This document shows, piece after piece, positions 10,457-20,487 of a DNA stretch of 64,000 nt. Position numbers and translations under genes: made by a program. This DNA comes from Rebecca billardiae RCC1528 (Eukaryota; Protista; Haptophyta): positions 930,001-994,000 of the forward strand of contig OZ251246.1 in NCBI GenBank assembly GCA_965240325.2, written 5' to 3'. Position 1 is the first letter of the stretch. Every line of letters starts with the position of its first letter. A model generated the notes under the pieces. It saw only the letters and a program-made list of their open reading frames with translations, was not told where the DNA came from and searched no databases.

Positions 10457-10823
10457 ACTTGACCGGACTCGGCCAACGGCCGTCCGGCTCAGGAACCGCA
10501 GGGATCTTCGACTGTGGCGTAGTAGTTCACTACCGCATGCGAATACAGATGCCGCTGCACTGGGTCGGACCAGGCTACGAGTACAGCAGTAGCATATGTC
10601 GCATCACAGTGTGGGTGGGCCCGGCTCCGCCAGGTGCGCCAGGTGCCCAGCACTCCTGCCCCGGAGCGCGGCTGATCAGACCGGGACGTGGCGAGCCCGA
10701 GGCGGCGAGCTGATTGTGTGCCGTCCGCTCGTCGAGCCCGTCGATCGATCGCGCTGCGGCGTGCGCGGACGCCCCCGTCGGACGCCCCGGCGCGCGCGGC
10801 GCAGCAGGTCGCGGCGGCGGCCG

Positions 10824-13743
10824 TCACGACACCTCCGCCGCGGTGAGCGCGTCGAAGCCGGAGAGCTCCGCCGCGGCGTCGCGCCGCCGGTGCAGCCGTC
10901 CTCCGTGGTGCGGGTTGAACACGGCGAGGTTGCCGGCGGAGGGCTGGCCGTCGAGGATGGCGGCCTGGATGGCGGCGCCCTCGGCGACCGCGGTCTCGGG
11001 GTCGATCGTCGGCCGCGCCGTCACGCCGGTGACGCGCTTGATCAGCCTGCCGATGCACGGCATCCGCGTGGCGCCGCCCACCAGCACCACGCGCGAGATG
11101 GGCACACCCGGCGCGAACCGCTGCAGCTTGTGGTTGCCCTCCGCCCAGCGGCGCGCCATGCGCTGCCAGCGCCACGCGACGTTGGCGCGCGCGCGCGCGG
11201 CCTTGGTCTGCTTGCCCAGCCGCGCGGCGGCGGCGCCATCGCCCAGCGCCGCCTCCTCCGGACTCCCGGACTCCGGGCGCTGCTCCGCGACGTTGAGCCG
11301 AATCCCGGCGTCCTGCGCTGCCTTCACCAAAGGCGGCACCATCCGCTCGAGCAGCGGGCGCGCCAGGGCCTCCATCTTGCGCCGGCTGAGCGGCACGTCC
11401 AACTCGACGCCCGTCACCGCCACGCCCGCGCCCGAGCCGCCGAGCGCGCCGTCGGACGACGCGTCGGCGGCGCCGCGCCGCGCGGCGGGCGCGCGCGTGC
11501 CGCTGAGCCCGCGCAGCCGCACCGCCGCGGAGGTTTGAGTGGAGAGGGCGTGCCGTGCCTCCTGCGCCGCGCATACGATGCTGCGGCGGCGGGGCGGGCG
11601 GCGCGCGGCAGGGTGGGCGGCGCGGCGCGCGGGGCGTGCGTTGGGCGTGAGCGCCGGCTCGGGCGCGCGCGGGGGCCGCGCCGCGCGGCGCGGCGGGCCA
11701 CAGCGCGCGCGCGGCGGCGCCCGCTCGTGCGCGCACGCGCGCCGGCGCGCCGCAGCCGCAGCCGCGCCGCCGGGGAGCGCGCACAGATAGTGCGAGCGCG
11801 CGTCTGGCTGCACGCCCGTCTGCGCGAGCAGCTGCGTGGTGGCGTACGCCGCGATCGCCTCGTCAAAGTCGTCGCCGCCCAGCGAGACGTCGCCGCCCGT
11901 CGAGATGATCTCGATCGTGTCTGCGCACGCGCGGCGCGCGCGGCGGCGCGGGGCGTGTGCGCGGCGGGCGTGGGCGGTGCGCACGGCGCGCGCGGTGCGG
12001 CGCTCTGTGCGCGGTGCAGTGGTGTGTGCGGCCCTGCAGGCCTGCACTGGCCACCGGTGGCGGCCGATCGGGCGCAGCGGCCGGGCACGGCCGGGACCCA
12101 GCCGAGCGCGAGGGCGGGCGGGCGGGCGCCGCCCCCTCTGCCCAGCCCGCCGCCCTCCTTGCGCGCCCCCTCCTTGCGCGCCGCAACTCCCGCCAGAGCG
12201 GAGGCACGCGCGCGCGGTGTGTCGCGCGCGCCGCGCAGCAGCAGCAGCAGCGCGCGGCGGCGCGTCAGCAGCGGCGCGTGCGCAGCGGCGCGCGAGCGCG
12301 CACTCCCGCCCACATCGACGACGCTCACGTCGAACGTGCCGCCGCCCAGGTCGAAGATGAGGCAGCGCTCGTCCTGCGCGCGCCCATGGCCGTACGCGAG
12401 CGCGGCCGCCTCCGGTTCGCGCAGCAGGTAGGTCTGCTCGAGCCCGGCCAGCTGGCACGCCGTCTCGGTCGCGGCGCGCTGCGCGTCCGAGAAGTGCGCA
12501 GGCACCGTCACGACCGCGCGCCGCACGGGCGCGCCCAGCTCGGCGCACGCGCCGTCCAAGAGGGTGCGTACCACTTCGGCAGACACCTCGGCCGGGCTGA
12601 CGGCGACCTCGAGGGCGGGGCACGAGAGGAGGAGCTCGCCCGTGCCGCCCGCGCCGCGCACGCGCAGCGCCGAGAGCCAGCGCATGCGCGAGACGTCCTC
12701 CGCACCTGCTCGCGCGCGGGCCAAGGCGGCGGCGGCGGCGGCGCGGCGGCGGCGGCGGCGGCGCGGCGGCGGCGGCGGCGGCAGCGCGGCGGCGGCGCGG
12801 GCCGTTCAGGGGTGGCGCGGGGTGGCGCGGGGTGGCGCGGCGCGCGCGCGCGCGCACCGAGGTCGCGCCTGCCGAGGATGCGCTTCACCGAGCGCACCGT
12901 CGCCGACGCGTCCGCGCTCGCCGCGTGCGCGCGCGCGGCCGTTCCCACGAGCACGCCTGTCGCCTCGTTGCGCCCAGAGTCGCCGCCGCTGTTGAGCGGC
13001 GCGCAGATGGCCTCGCGCGCGCCCTCGGCGACAGCGTCCTCGTGGACGTACGCGACGGCGGAGGGCACGATGGGCGAGCCGTTCACCTCGAGCACGCGCG
13101 GCGCGCCGTCGCGGAACACCGCCACCAGCGAGTTGGTCGTGCCGAGGTCGATCCCCACAGTGCTGCACGCACGCTCGCGCGCGGGCGCGCGGCCGGCGCG
13201 CGGCGCGCGCGCCTCCGGCTCGGTGAGCCCGGCGGCCCACGCGGCGGCGAAGTCGGCGTCGTCGGCCTCGAGCTCGGAGGCGAGCGCACCGTCGCGCTCC
13301 TCCACCTCCGCCGCCGACGCCTCGTTCTCCGCCGCCGTCGCGTCGAGCGCGCGCCGCTGCGACGCGGCGAGCTCGGCGCGAGCCGCGCGCTCCACCTCGG
13401 ACGAGCGCCGCCGCCACGCGCGCCGCTCCTCGCGCGCGACGATGCGCTTCCAGAGCGAGAGCTTGCGCTCCTCGCGCTCCCACCGGCTCAGCTCCTCCAC
13501 GCCCAGCTCGTCCAGGCACGCCTGCCACTCGCTGTACAGGTCGTCCGCGCCGCCCGCGTCGCGGCCGCGCGCGCCGCCCGCCGCGGCCGCGCGCACGCGC
13601 GCGCGCGGCGCGGACGGGCGGCACGCCGCGAGGATGGCGGGCGGGCGCGGCGCGCGGGCGCGGGCGGGCGCGCCCGCCGCGCCGCCGCCCAGCGCCGCGC
13701 CTGACAGCAGCGCGCACGCCGCGAGGGCGAGCGTGGCTCCCAT
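10824..13743 (-). CDS. Hsp70/DnaK-family protein, nucleotide-binding domain only, with N-terminal signal-like peptide; exons 13743-12858, 12705-12304, 11920-11785, 11580-10824
   Basis: VGIDLGTTNS, VVTVPAHFSDAQR, LLREPEAAALAYG, IFDLGGGTFDVS, LGGDDFD, VVLVGGATRMP, DPETAVAEGAAIQAAIL. Three phase-compatible GT-AG introns. Confidence 0.88.
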
Positions 13744-13900
13744 GCGGCTCGCAGCGGTGGCCGCGCTCGCTCGTTGCGCCACCCGCCCGTTCTTGCACCG
13801 CCGCCGGGTGCGGCCGCGCGCCCGCGCGGCGTCGACCGGTGGCGCACGGCGAGACTCGATGCCGATCGAGATCTCCCGCCAGATCCAGACTGATCGCGCG

Positions 13901-16900
13901 ATGGCGGCTGAAGCGCCGCGCGACGTGGTGGAGCTACACGCCGCGTCGGGCGAGCTCGCGCCAAACCAGGCGCGCGCGCGCGGCGCGTCGGCACACGCGC
14001 CACCGCACACGCACCCCCGCCCGACGCGCACGCCCCGACCCACCCGCTCCCCACCCCCCGGCCCGCAGGCGCGCGCGCACCCGGCAACCCTCTCAGCGCT
14101 CGCGCTCGCGCCGTACAGCTGGGTGCGCCTGGTGGCGGCAACCGGCGCGGCGGCAGAGGCCGCGTGCTGCCAGCTCGCGCCGGAGGCCGCCGTGCCCCGA
14201 GAAGCTGGCCTCGTCGTCGGCCGCGCGCTGCGTGCGCACCTGGGTGCCCGCGCGCGCATCCACCGCCTGGGCGGCGGCCGCGGAGGCGGCGGTGGCGGCG
14301 GCGGCGGCGAGGAGGGCGACGGCCTGGCACTGGCCGAGAGCATCGAGCTCGAGTGGCCCCCCACCGAGCCGCTCGACCCGCCCTCGCGTGCGCGCGTCGA
14401 GCGCGCCGCCGCCCGGCAGCTCGGCGGCGCGCGCGCGCGCGTGAGCGAGCGCGCCGCGTCCGAGCTGCTTCTCCTGGGCTCGACGCGGGCGCTGCGAGTG
14501 CTCGGCGTGGGCGCGGCGTGGGCGGAGGCGCGCGAAGGGCAGGGCCTGCGCGAGCGCGACGAGGCCGCGCCGCCACCGCGTGCCGCGCAGTGCACGCCGC
14601 GCACGCTCGTGCGCGTGCGCTGCGCGCCGGACGCCGCAGCGGCGGCGGCGGGCGGCGCCCTCCCAGCTGCGATTGCTGGCGGACGGCGGAGCGGCGGTGG
14701 CGATGGCGAGTCGGGCGGTGCGCCCGGCGACGCGGGCGACTCCGCGCACGCCGAGCTGACCGCGGCGCTGCTCGCGCACACGCGCAGCGCGCTCCAGCCC
14801 GGCTCCGCCCCGCGCGCGCCGCATGTGCTACTGACAGGCAGCCCGGGCGGTGCATCAGCCGCCGTCCTTCGGGACGTGTGCACGCGCGCGGGCGTGTGCT
14901 CGGTGCGCGCACACGCGCTGAGCGTGCTCGCGGCGCAGTGCGAGTGGGCTGAGCGCCACGCGCGGCCGGGCGCGACGGGCGGCGCCGCCGCGCCGCGCGC
15001 GGCCGACACACGCCTGAGCGGCGGCGGCGGCGGCGGCGGCGGCGGCGTGTCGCGGCACTCCGCGCGCACGGCCTCTGCGCGACACGCGCTGCGCGCACTC
15101 TTCGCGCGCGCGGCCGAGCTCGCGCCGAGCGTACTCGCCATCGAGCAGCTCGACGTGCTCACGACGGCCGCCGCGACGCGCGCGCGCGCACGAGCAGGCG
15201 ACGACGACGCCGACGATGACGACGACATTGGCAGCGGCGGCGGCGCCGGCGGTCGGTTTGGCGGCGGCGCGGGCGCGGACGACGCGGGTGGTGGCGCCGT
15301 CCTCGCGGCGCGCACGTTGCTGCTCGCCGAGCTGATCAGTGGCCTCCCGCCCAGCGTTGTGCTGCTCGTCTCGGCGCGCGAGGCCGCCTCCGTGCCCGAC
15401 CGCCTGTGGCCCGCGCACGCGCCGTGCATCGCGGTGCGCGTGCTGCCGCTGGCGGCGCCCGCGCGCGCCGCCGCCGTGCAGCGCTGGCTGAGGCCGGCAG
15501 CACGGCAGCCCACCGGCGGGGCGAAGGGCGGCGCGCGGGGCGCGGCGCACGCGGTCGAGCTGATGCGCGCGCTGGCCGACGCGGCTTCGGCCGAGGCCGC
15601 AGGCCTCGGCCACGACGATGCGCAGGGCGCGCCGCCCTCGGCGGGCGGGGACGGCGGCGGCGGGGATGGCGGCGGCGGCGGCGGCGCGGCGGCGCTGCCG
15701 AGCGCAGAGCTGCTCGAGCGCTGCCGTGCGGCCGCGGCGCTCGCTCTCGCCGCCGCGGCTGGCGACCTGCCGGGCGACGCGCGCGAGAGGCCGGCCGTCG
15801 AGAGCGGTGGCAGCGCCGTGCAGCCCGGCGCCGCGCGCGCGCTCTGGGCCCAGGCGGCCGCGCTCGCTCGGCGCGCGCGCCGCGCCCAGGAGGGCGGCGG
15901 AGGCGTCGGCGTCTCTGCGCCCGTCACTGTGCTCGAGCCTGCGGCCGGGCTCGCGGCGAGCGGCGCTGTGGCGGGCGGCGTGGCGAGGGCGGGCGGCGCG
16001 GCCGTGGGCCCGGAGCAGGCAGGCACGCACGCCGCGGCGGTGGGCGGCGCGGTGCGCACAGCGGCGACTAGGCCCCGCGCTCTCGAAGAGGCGGAGGAGC
16101 CTCCGCAGCCGCAGCCGCAGCCGCCGCAGCAGCTTGAGGAGGAGGCGGGGGCGGAGGCGCGCGTGTGGGCGGGGCTGGGCGGGTACGACGCGGAGAAGGC
16201 ACTGCTGCTCCGGCTGCTCGTGTGGCCGCGCTCCCGCGCGGCCGGCCTCGCCCGCCTCGGCGTGCGCCCCACGCGCGGTGTGCTGCTACACGGCCCTCCG
16301 GGCTGTGGCAAGTCCGCGCTGGCCGCGGCGGCGGCGCGCGCGTCCGGCTCGACCACGCTACGCGTGCACGCGCCACGGCTCTTCCGGCGCTGGCTGGGCG
16401 AGACGGAGGCGGCGATCCGCGCGCTCTTTGCGCGCGCGCGCTCCGCCTCGCCGTGCGTCCTGCTGATCGACGAACTCGGCGCGATCGGCGCGCCGCGCTC
16501 GCTCGGCGGCGCGGGTGGCGGCGGCGGCGACGCTGGCGCGTCGGAGCGCGCGCTCTCCGCGCTGCTCAACGAGATGGACGGCGTGCAGGCCGCGGGCGTG
16601 CCGGCGGCGCTCAGCGCGCCGGACGAGGCGGGCGGGGAGGCACTCGCGCGCTTCTGCGCCCACGGCCGCGGCCGCGACGGCGCGCGGCCGACCGAAGATT
16701 TTTGCGTCGTCGGCTGCGTGGTCTCTCCTGCCGAGGTGGACGCCGCGCTGCTGCGGCCGGGGCGGCTCGACCAGCTCGTGCACATCGGGCCGCCGGACGA
16801 GCGATCGCGGCTTGCCATCTTGCGCACGCACACGCGGCGGCTGCCGCTCGCAGCCAGCGTCGATCTCGCGGCGCTCGCGCGGCGCACGGCGGGCTGCACG

Positions 16901-17095
16901 CCCGCACGGCTCGCGTGGCTGTGCCGGCGCGCGGCGCTCGCGGCGGTGCGGCGCGCGGAGATGGAGCGGGGCACGGACGCGCCCGTGTGCCGTGCCGACG
17001 TCCTCGTGTGTGCGGACGATTTTCAGCATCGGATTTTGGGTGCGCTCGACACTGCTCACCCAACGATCGGTTCCGAATTGTGGCCCCCTGAATGA
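13901..17095 (+). CDS. CDC48/PEX/SPATA5-clade AAA+ ATPase with degenerate D1 and intact D2; probable in-frame GC-AG intron 13970-14068
   Basis: D2 motifs GVLLHGPPGCGKS, WLGETEAAIRALFARAR, LLIDELGAI, ERALSALLNEMDG, VDAALLRPGRLDQ. D1 remnants LLTGSPGG, ALFARAAELAPSVLAIEQLD. Start codon uncertain (13859 or 13901). Confidence 0.8.
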   Translation: MAAEAPRDVVELHAASGELAPNQARARGASAHAPPHTHPRPTRTPRPTRSPPPGPQARAHPATLSALALAPYSWVRLVAATGAAAEAACCQLAPEAAVPREAGLVVGRALRAHLGARARIHRLGGGRGGGGGGGGGEEGDGLALAESIELEWPPTEPLDPPSRARVERAAARQLGGARARVSERAASELLLLGSTRALRVLGVGAAWAEAREGQGLRERDEAAPPPRAAQCTPRTLVRVRCAPDAAAAAAGGALPAAIAGGRRSGGGDGESGGAPGDAGDSAHAELTAALLAHTRSALQPGSAPRAPHVLLTGSPGGASAAVLRDVCTRAGVCSVRAHALSVLAAQCEWAERHARPGATGGAAAPRAADTRLSGGGGGGGGGVSRHSARTASARHALRALFARAAELAPSVLAIEQLDVLTTAAATRARARAGDDDADDDDDIGSGGGAGGRFGGGAGADDAGGGAVLAARTLLLAELISGLPPSVVLLVSAREAASVPDRLWPAHAPCIAVRVLPLAAPARAAAVQRWLRPAARQPTGGAKGGARGAAHAVELMRALADAASAEAAGLGHDDAQGAPPSAGGDGGGGDGGGGGGAAALPSAELLERCRAAAALALAAAAGDLPGDARERPAVESGGSAVQPGAARALWAQAAALARRARRAQEGGGGVGVSAPVTVLEPAAGLAASGAVAGGVARAGGAAVGPEQAGTHAAAVGGAVRTAATRPRALEEAEEPPQPQPQPPQQLEEEAGAEARVWAGLGGYDAEKALLLRLLVWPRSRAAGLARLGVRPTRGVLLHGPPGCGKSALAAAAARASGSTTLRVHAPRLFRRWLGETEAAIRALFARARSASPCVLLIDELGAIGAPRSLGGAGGGGGDAGASERALSALLNEMDGVQAAGVPAALSAPDEAGGEALARFCAHGRGRDGARPTEDFCVVGCVVSPAEVDAALLRPGRLDQLVHIGPPDERSRLAILRTHTRRLPLAASVDLAALARRTAGCTPARLAWLCRRAALAAVRRAEMERGTDAPVCRADVLVCADDFQHRILGALDTAHPTIGSELWPPE

Positions 17096-17563
17096 TGACT
17101 ATGGAGTCGTACCCGTCATGTTTTCACCGGCTCGCATAAGATACCGGTATACAAAAATCGTTTCAGTGTACCACGGGAGAGGTTAACCGTACTCAATATA
17201 GCTGGTACTGTAGTAGCTAACTGTCCGTTTAATTTGTGAGCGGGCTACCGAGCGCCGCTCGTATTAATCGTCGTCGGCGAGTAGACCCGCCACGTGCCGG
17301 CACGCGTAGGCCACGAGGTCGTATTTTACCTGCCGCGCGCGGGAAGGCGCAATCATTATATTCATCGTGTGACTAGTCCCGCTCGAATTGTTGCGATACG
17401 TGGCAATTTGCGACCCTGTGATGAGCAAGAAGGTTGTATGGGACCGCTTGGTACATAGGATACCGTGCTCTCGCGACAACACAAAACGCGCGCGTGGCCT
17501 CATTTCGGTTGGTGAGGCGGCACTGATATTGAAGCAGCACCGCCGGCGCGAAACACATCGGCC

Positions 17564-17938
17564 ATGTTCGTCGAGGCGCTCGACGATCTGGATCCCGAGT
17601 CAGTGCGCGAGGTTCTCGACCTCTACGAGGCCGACTTCCGGCGGCTCGTCGCAGACGTGCAGTCGTACCCGTCCGTGCGGAGCGCCATCCGCAACCCGAC
17701 CGTGCAGACCCTGTTGCAAAGGCTGAAGGGCGACTCGATCACAATCGGCCTCAAGGAGGCGGCCAAGCTGGTCGACATGCTGTACGGGTGCTCGACGCCC
17801 GAGGGCATCTTGGAAGCGGCGTGCTCGCAGGTCGCATCTGGCGTGGCGGCGCTCCGCGCGCGGGCCGATGAGCGCAGCCCAAAAGCTCACGGCCCGCTCT
17901 TCCAACCGGAGCCGTCCAAAGTCCGCTCAACCTCTTGA
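17564..17938 (+). CDS. Hypothetical small helical protein or gene fragment
   Basis: 124-aa ORF with protein-like composition and GC3-biased codons. No motif recognised. Confidence 0.35.
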   Translation: MFVEALDDLDPESVREVLDLYEADFRRLVADVQSYPSVRSAIRNPTVQTLLQRLKGDSITIGLKEAAKLVDMLYGCSTPEGILEAACSQVASGVAALRARADERSPKAHGPLFQPEPSKVRSTS

Positions 17939-18508
17939 ACGTGCTGGCGGGTCTGCGACGACCCGCGCGCCGGCGGCGAAGACGAGTGTGCGAGCGCCGG
18001 CGACTGTGTGAGCATATGGATTGCATGCGTACCCAGGCTGGCACTCAGGGGAACCATCGCAGCGACTACCCATGCCACTGACGGCGCGGCGGCCGGCGAC
18101 GGCGCGGCAGCCGGCACGGCCGTGCCGCTGCGCCGCGTGCCAGGACAGCCTGCGGTGAGCGACGGTCCGATGAGAACTCGTGTCTGTGCTGATGCCAGCA
18201 CTCAGCAGCAAGCACTACGCTGAAGTGTCACCTGTGATGATCCAAGCTAGAGTTTCGGCGATAGCACTCTGTCCGCGGGCGAGAAGGGAGCCTGAGCCAC
18301 CGAGTCGTCCGACGACGCCGAAGGGGCCCGCTCAGGCGCTCTCACTTCGATCGTCGTCGTCGTTGTCAGTTGGGCAGTTGGATCAAAGTAATAGAAGGGG
18401 TTATTAAACTGCGGCCAACTGACAGGGATGAATACCGTTTACCATCAAGCACGTAGATTGCCCATCCGCCATCGCCCAGCGGCCATCCCGCCGCTTGGGG
18501 TCCAAGGC

Positions 18509-19894
18509 ATGGGGGCCATGATCACCGCGCCGCTGGCGTCGTGCGTCGGCTCGTGCTGCGGCGCGGCGGCATGCGCGGGGTTCACGGCGTGCTGCTCGTG
18601 CAACGTGTACCTCTCGCTGCGCGCCTCGCGCGTCGTGTACACGGCCGTCGTCTTTGTCGCCACGGCGGCAGCGCTCGCGGCCAAGTACTGGGGCGCCGAC
18701 CTCGCCGCGGGCGGCGGCGACGAGTGCTTGTTCTGCGGGGACGCGGGCGTGCTGCGCATCACGTTCGGGCTCGCCTGCACCTTCCTCCTGCTCGCGCTGC
18801 TCACGCTCGGCGACACGCACTTTGGGCGCGCAGTGCACACGGGCTTTTGGTTTGCAAAGCTCGTCGTGCTGGGCGGCACGATCGCCGGCGGCGCCTTCTT
18901 GCCCGTGGCGGGCCTCGCGCTCTTCTCCGAGGTGTGCCGATGGTGCGCCTTCCTCTTCCTCCTCTTCCAGATCGTCATGCTCATCGACTTCGCCTACTCG
19001 TGGAACGAGGCGTGGGCCGTGCGCGACGACGAGGGCGCGGGCGAGTTCCGGTGGCGCGGCGCGCTGCTGCTCGCCTCGCTCGCGCTCTTCGCGTTCGCGA
19101 TCACGGGCGTGACGCTGATGCTGCGGTACATGAGCCCGCCGGGCTGCACGCTCAACGTCACCCTCGTCTCGTGCACCCTCGTCGCCTTCGTCGCCTTCTC
19201 CGCGCTCTCGATCTCGCCGCTCGCCGAGCACGGCGCGCTGCTCACCTCGGCGGTGCTGAGCGCGTACCTCGTCTTCGTCGCCTTCTCCGCGCTCAAGGCG
19301 GTGCCGGACGCGGCGTGCAACCCGCTCGCGGCGGGGGAGTACGACGACCTGCGCCTCGCCGCCGGCCTCGTCTTCGCCGCGATCAGCCTCGCCTACCCCA
19401 CGTGGGCGTACGGCGGCAAGTATGGCGAGGAGGAGGAGGAGGAGGCGGCGGCAGCGGTCGGCGCGCCGCCCGCGCGCCGTGCGTACCAGCCGAGCGGCGG
19501 CGGCGCCGACCCGTTCCAGACGCTGGCGGGGAGCCGGCGCGGCGCGGGCGGCGCGGTGAGCGTGCACAGCTCGCCCGCGAGCCTCGGCGAGCGCGGGGCC
19601 GAGCCGCCGCTCCCGCCGTCGGGCGCGCGCGCGCTCGCGGCGTCGCACGCTGTCGGCTTTGCCGTGAGCGCGTACGCCGCGATGCTGCTCACCGGCTGGC
19701 GCACCGGCGCGCTCGAGCTGGACCAGGCGCCAGGCGGCGCGGCCGGCGGCGCCGATGGCGGCCTGCCGTACCAGTTCTCGTGGGCGAGCGTGTGGATCCA
19801 GGTCGCGAGCGTCGCGTGCGCCGCGTGCCTGTACACGTGGACGCTCGTCGCGCCCGCCCTCTTCCCCGACCGCGACTTTGGGCTGGCGGCCTGA
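18509..19894 (+). CDS. Serine incorporator (Serinc/TMS membrane protein), intronless
   Basis: MGA...SCCG N-terminus, VLRITF, VHTGFWFAK, FLLFQIVMLIDFAYSWNEAW, GALLTSAVLSAY, SAYAAMLLTGW, SVWIQV, LYTWTLVAPALFPDRDF. About 11 TM segments. Confidence 0.93.
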   Translation: MGAMITAPLASCVGSCCGAAACAGFTACCSCNVYLSLRASRVVYTAVVFVATAAALAAKYWGADLAAGGGDECLFCGDAGVLRITFGLACTFLLLALLTLGDTHFGRAVHTGFWFAKLVVLGGTIAGGAFLPVAGLALFSEVCRWCAFLFLLFQIVMLIDFAYSWNEAWAVRDDEGAGEFRWRGALLLASLALFAFAITGVTLMLRYMSPPGCTLNVTLVSCTLVAFVAFSALSISPLAEHGALLTSAVLSAYLVFVAFSALKAVPDAACNPLAAGEYDDLRLAAGLVFAAISLAYPTWAYGGKYGEEEEEEAAAAVGAPPARRAYQPSGGGADPFQTLAGSRRGAGGAVSVHSSPASLGERGAEPPLPPSGARALAASHAVGFAVSAYAAMLLTGWRTGALELDQAPGGAAGGADGGLPYQFSWASVWIQVASVACAACLYTWTLVAPALFPDRDFGLAA

Positions 19895-20487
19895 GAGTGA
19901 GAACTGAGATCGGGGCCATTGACACTGACGGGGCAAGCATCTGGGCCGAGCCCAGAGGGCGGGGGCGCGGAGCAGAGCACGCGAGGGTGCGCGCTCCCCG
20001 TAGTGGTGGCGGGAGGGCCGCAGGCACCGCATACGGTGACTACTGACTGACGGCCCGGACGCGGGCGACCGTGATTTCATCAGAACTCATTGTCATTGAC
20101 TCATCAGTCATCGTCGTCAACGCTTACGCGGTCCGAATTTCGGCACCGAGTCCGACGTTCGTCATTGCCATTCAATTTACGATGTCGGCCAAGCTGCCGC
20201 CCGGCAAGGGCCGAATACGGCCTGGAAGGCGGGACTCATTCAGTTTACTAAGAATAAGAGACGCACACAGCTCAGGCAACAGTTACAGTGCCCCGCCGCC
20301 GGGACTCCCGGCCGCCTCGTTCGTCAGTAGGCAATTTCAATTGTTTTTCTACCGCCGCGCCCTGTTGTCGTTGATGATTTATAGTTTTACGCGCGTCGTC
20401 GCCGCGACAGTTGAAGTTGGAAAATGGAAAGTCGACATCGCGCGATCACACTTCAACGATGGCGGCTGCTCCTCCACGCGATCGGAT

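Noticed and set aside
9336-10464. Mutator (MULE) classification from a 9-bp TSD GACTTGACC
   Set aside because: Formally possible, but the sister element with the same CAAGG ends supports only a 7-bp TSD, so the 7-bp reading is preferred.
11957-17095. 1712-aa (+) and 1488-aa (-) ORFs as single giant proteins
   Set aside because: GC-driven stop-free frames. Only 13901-17095 (+, AAA ATPase) and 13743-12858 (-, Hsp70 exon 1) carry real motifs.
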